From a candidate division FCPU426 bacterium (GTDB lineage Bacteria > Oederibacteriota > Muellerivitia > Muellerivitales > Muellerivitaceae): DNA of 52,836 nt. Under the pieces are notes generated by a model, which searched no databases, was not told the origin of the DNA, and worked only from the letters and a program-made list of their open reading frames with translations. Shown here in pieces: positions 51,171 through 52,836 of the stretch. The DNA is taken from NCBI GenBank assembly GCA_963771075.1, contig CAVYSE010000010.1, positions 1-52,836 on the forward strand, written 5' to 3'. The translations under genes and the position numbers were made by a program. Position 1 is the stretch's first letter. Every line of letters starts with the position of its first letter.

Positions 51171-52322
51171 TTGAAAATCGCCTTGGTTACCGACACCTAC
51201 TTTCCCCGCATCAACGGTGTTTCCACTTCTACCCAAATCTTCGCCGAGGAATTTTCTAAATTGGGCCATGAGGTCCACATCTATGGTCCCCAGTTCCCCA
51301 ACCATGTGGACCCAATCCAGCCCTACCACGTGCACCGCTTTCCCTCCTGGTATCTTTTTTTCGATCCCGAGGATCGATTACCCTGGCCCGCTTCCGACCC
51401 GAAGCTGGTCCGGCATTTCCACGACCAGAAATTCGACATTGTCCATACCCAAACCCCCTTTACCCTGGGAAAACCCGCCGTTCAATGGGCTCGCAAAACC
51501 GGGGCCAAGGTGGTCCATACCTACCACACCCTCTTCGCCGCTTATACGGAACATTACCTGTGGTTCCTTCCCAAGGCTTTCGGCATCTGGTACGCCAAGC
51601 ATGCCAGCCGCACCTATTGCGATTCCTGCGACCTGGTCATTACCCCTTCCTCGGAAATGAGGGACGTTCTGCTCAGCTATAGGGTGACCAAGCCCATTGA
51701 GGTCATTCCGACCGGTATCCGCTTGGCGAGGTTCGAAGGGGTCAACCCCCAGCGTTTCCGCGATGCCATCGGCGTCTCAAAAAAAGAGAAGCTGCTCCTC
51801 TTCATGGGCCGGGTGGCGGAGGAAAAGAACATTGGGTTTTTGGTCGAAGTGTTTGAGGATTTGCTGATCAAAAACCAAAATCTCAGGTTCTTGATCGCCG
51901 GGGAAGGCGCCGCCAAGAGGAGATTGGAGCGCATGGTCGATGAGCTGCACCTCTCCAAATACGTTTTGTTCGTGGGTTATCTCACCCCTGAGGATTGGCG
52001 GGATTGCTACGCGGGGGCGGACCTGTTCGTTTTCGCTTCGGTGACCGAAACCCAAGGTCTGGTGATCAGCGAGGCCATGGCGGCCGATACCCCGGTAGTG
52101 GCGGTGGGGGAAATGGGCGTGAAGGACGTCATGGCTTCCGGCAAAGGAGGCTTAATGACCCGCTTGGATAAAAAAGAGTTCTCGGAAGCGGTTTGGAGGA
52201 TGTTGACCGACGAGGCCTTCTACGCCCAAAAGAAAGCCGAAGCGCGTCCCGAAGCCGAAAAATGGTCCTCTACGACCATGGCCCAAAAGATGCTCGAGGC
52301 CTACGAGCGGATTTTGAAATAA
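51171..52322 (+). CDS. GT4 glycosyltransferase, tandem paralog of 48799-49953
   Basis: Same motifs, clearly diverged sequence, TTG start. Confidence 0.92.
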   Translation: MKIALVTDTYFPRINGVSTSTQIFAEEFSKLGHEVHIYGPQFPNHVDPIQPYHVHRFPSWYLFFDPEDRLPWPASDPKLVRHFHDQKFDIVHTQTPFTLGKPAVQWARKTGAKVVHTYHTLFAAYTEHYLWFLPKAFGIWYAKHASRTYCDSCDLVITPSSEMRDVLLSYRVTKPIEVIPTGIRLARFEGVNPQRFRDAIGVSKKEKLLLFMGRVAEEKNIGFLVEVFEDLLIKNQNLRFLIAGEGAAKRRLERMVDELHLSKYVLFVGYLTPEDWRDCYAGADLFVFASVTETQGLVISEAMAADTPVVAVGEMGVKDVMASGKGGLMTRLDKKEFSEAVWRMLTDEAFYAQKKAEARPEAEKWSSTTMAQKMLEAYERILK

Positions 52323-52329
52323 AACCACG

Positions 52330-52528
52330 ATCTCACCTCAGAGACCCAAGGATAAGGGTAAACCCTTAATTTGGTTTTCCCATTCTCATGCCTGGCTTAC
52401 GATGGTGAAAAATTGTGGAGTTATACCCATCGCTTCTATAATGAGCCTTAAGGGCATCTCTCCATTGATTTCGTTTGTCGGCATTCGAGACGATTTTTCC
52501 TGGTGTCTCGGTGCCTCCGTGGTGAATG
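52330..52528. repeat. REP-like palindromic element
   Basis: CTCACCTCAGAGACCCAAGGA ... TCCTGGTGTCTCGGTGCCTCCGTGGTGAA. Confidence 0.55.
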
Positions 52529-52556
52529 TTTTGATGTTCCCTTCAGGGGCTGGCCC

Positions 52557-52836
52557 ATGTCTTATTTGGAACGATATCTCCATGGCGAATACAAGCAGGT
52601 GTGGGCGGAGCTGTTGGCCTTGGGCAAGATCGAGGACCCCGAAACCCGGAAAGACGCCGAGGCGGTTGCCACGGAGACCATGGAGCGGGTCCAAATTAAT
52701 GTGGAACGCATCATTGATCGCTTGAAGGGCCTTCAGTACGAGTTCACCTATCCAAGCGAGATCTATTTCCCGCCCTCCGAGGATATTACCAAGAAGATCG
52801 GGGAGTTGGAGAAGCTGGCGGGTCCGGTCCCCCTTT
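52557..52836 (+). CDS. Hypothetical protein (runs off window)
   Basis: MSYLERYLHGEYKQVWAELLALG...ELEKLAGPVP is open to the window end, with RBS-like AGGGG upstream. Confidence 0.7.
   Translation, partial: MSYLERYLHGEYKQVWAELLALGKIEDPETRKDAEAVATETMERVQINVERIIDRLKGLQYEFTYPSEIYFPPSEDITKKIGELEKLAGPVPL

Overview
This bacterial window has clear long-read indel noise. About 30 kb (682-41847) is a minus-strand array of nine paralogous genes (one a truncated remnant) for secreted 'head-stalk-anchor' proteins. The typical layout is signal peptide, a variable Cys-rich head (Asp-Asp lectin-like jelly roll, GH5 hydrolase or PQQ-type beta-propeller), DUF11-like Ig domains, a long strictly alternating (Thr-X)n stalk, and a FlgD-Ig/T9SS-like C-terminal domain. 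The paralogs share near-identical DNA patches in mosaic fashion. An AraC regulator, a YfhO-like GT-C membrane protein, crcB and a class I glutamine amidotransferase are interspersed. Mobile DNA comprises an unusual 3.1 kb IS481-like element with two DDE integrase genes, two identical IS30 copies, a MITE family in which one hairpin core sits inside three different TIR shells (some with target-site duplications), and a second REP-like palindrome family. 42046-51119 is a 4.45 kb fold-back inverted duplication (proS, GT4, IS30) whose left arm is garbled and is probably a read or assembly chimera. No rRNA, tRNA or CRISPR array was seen.
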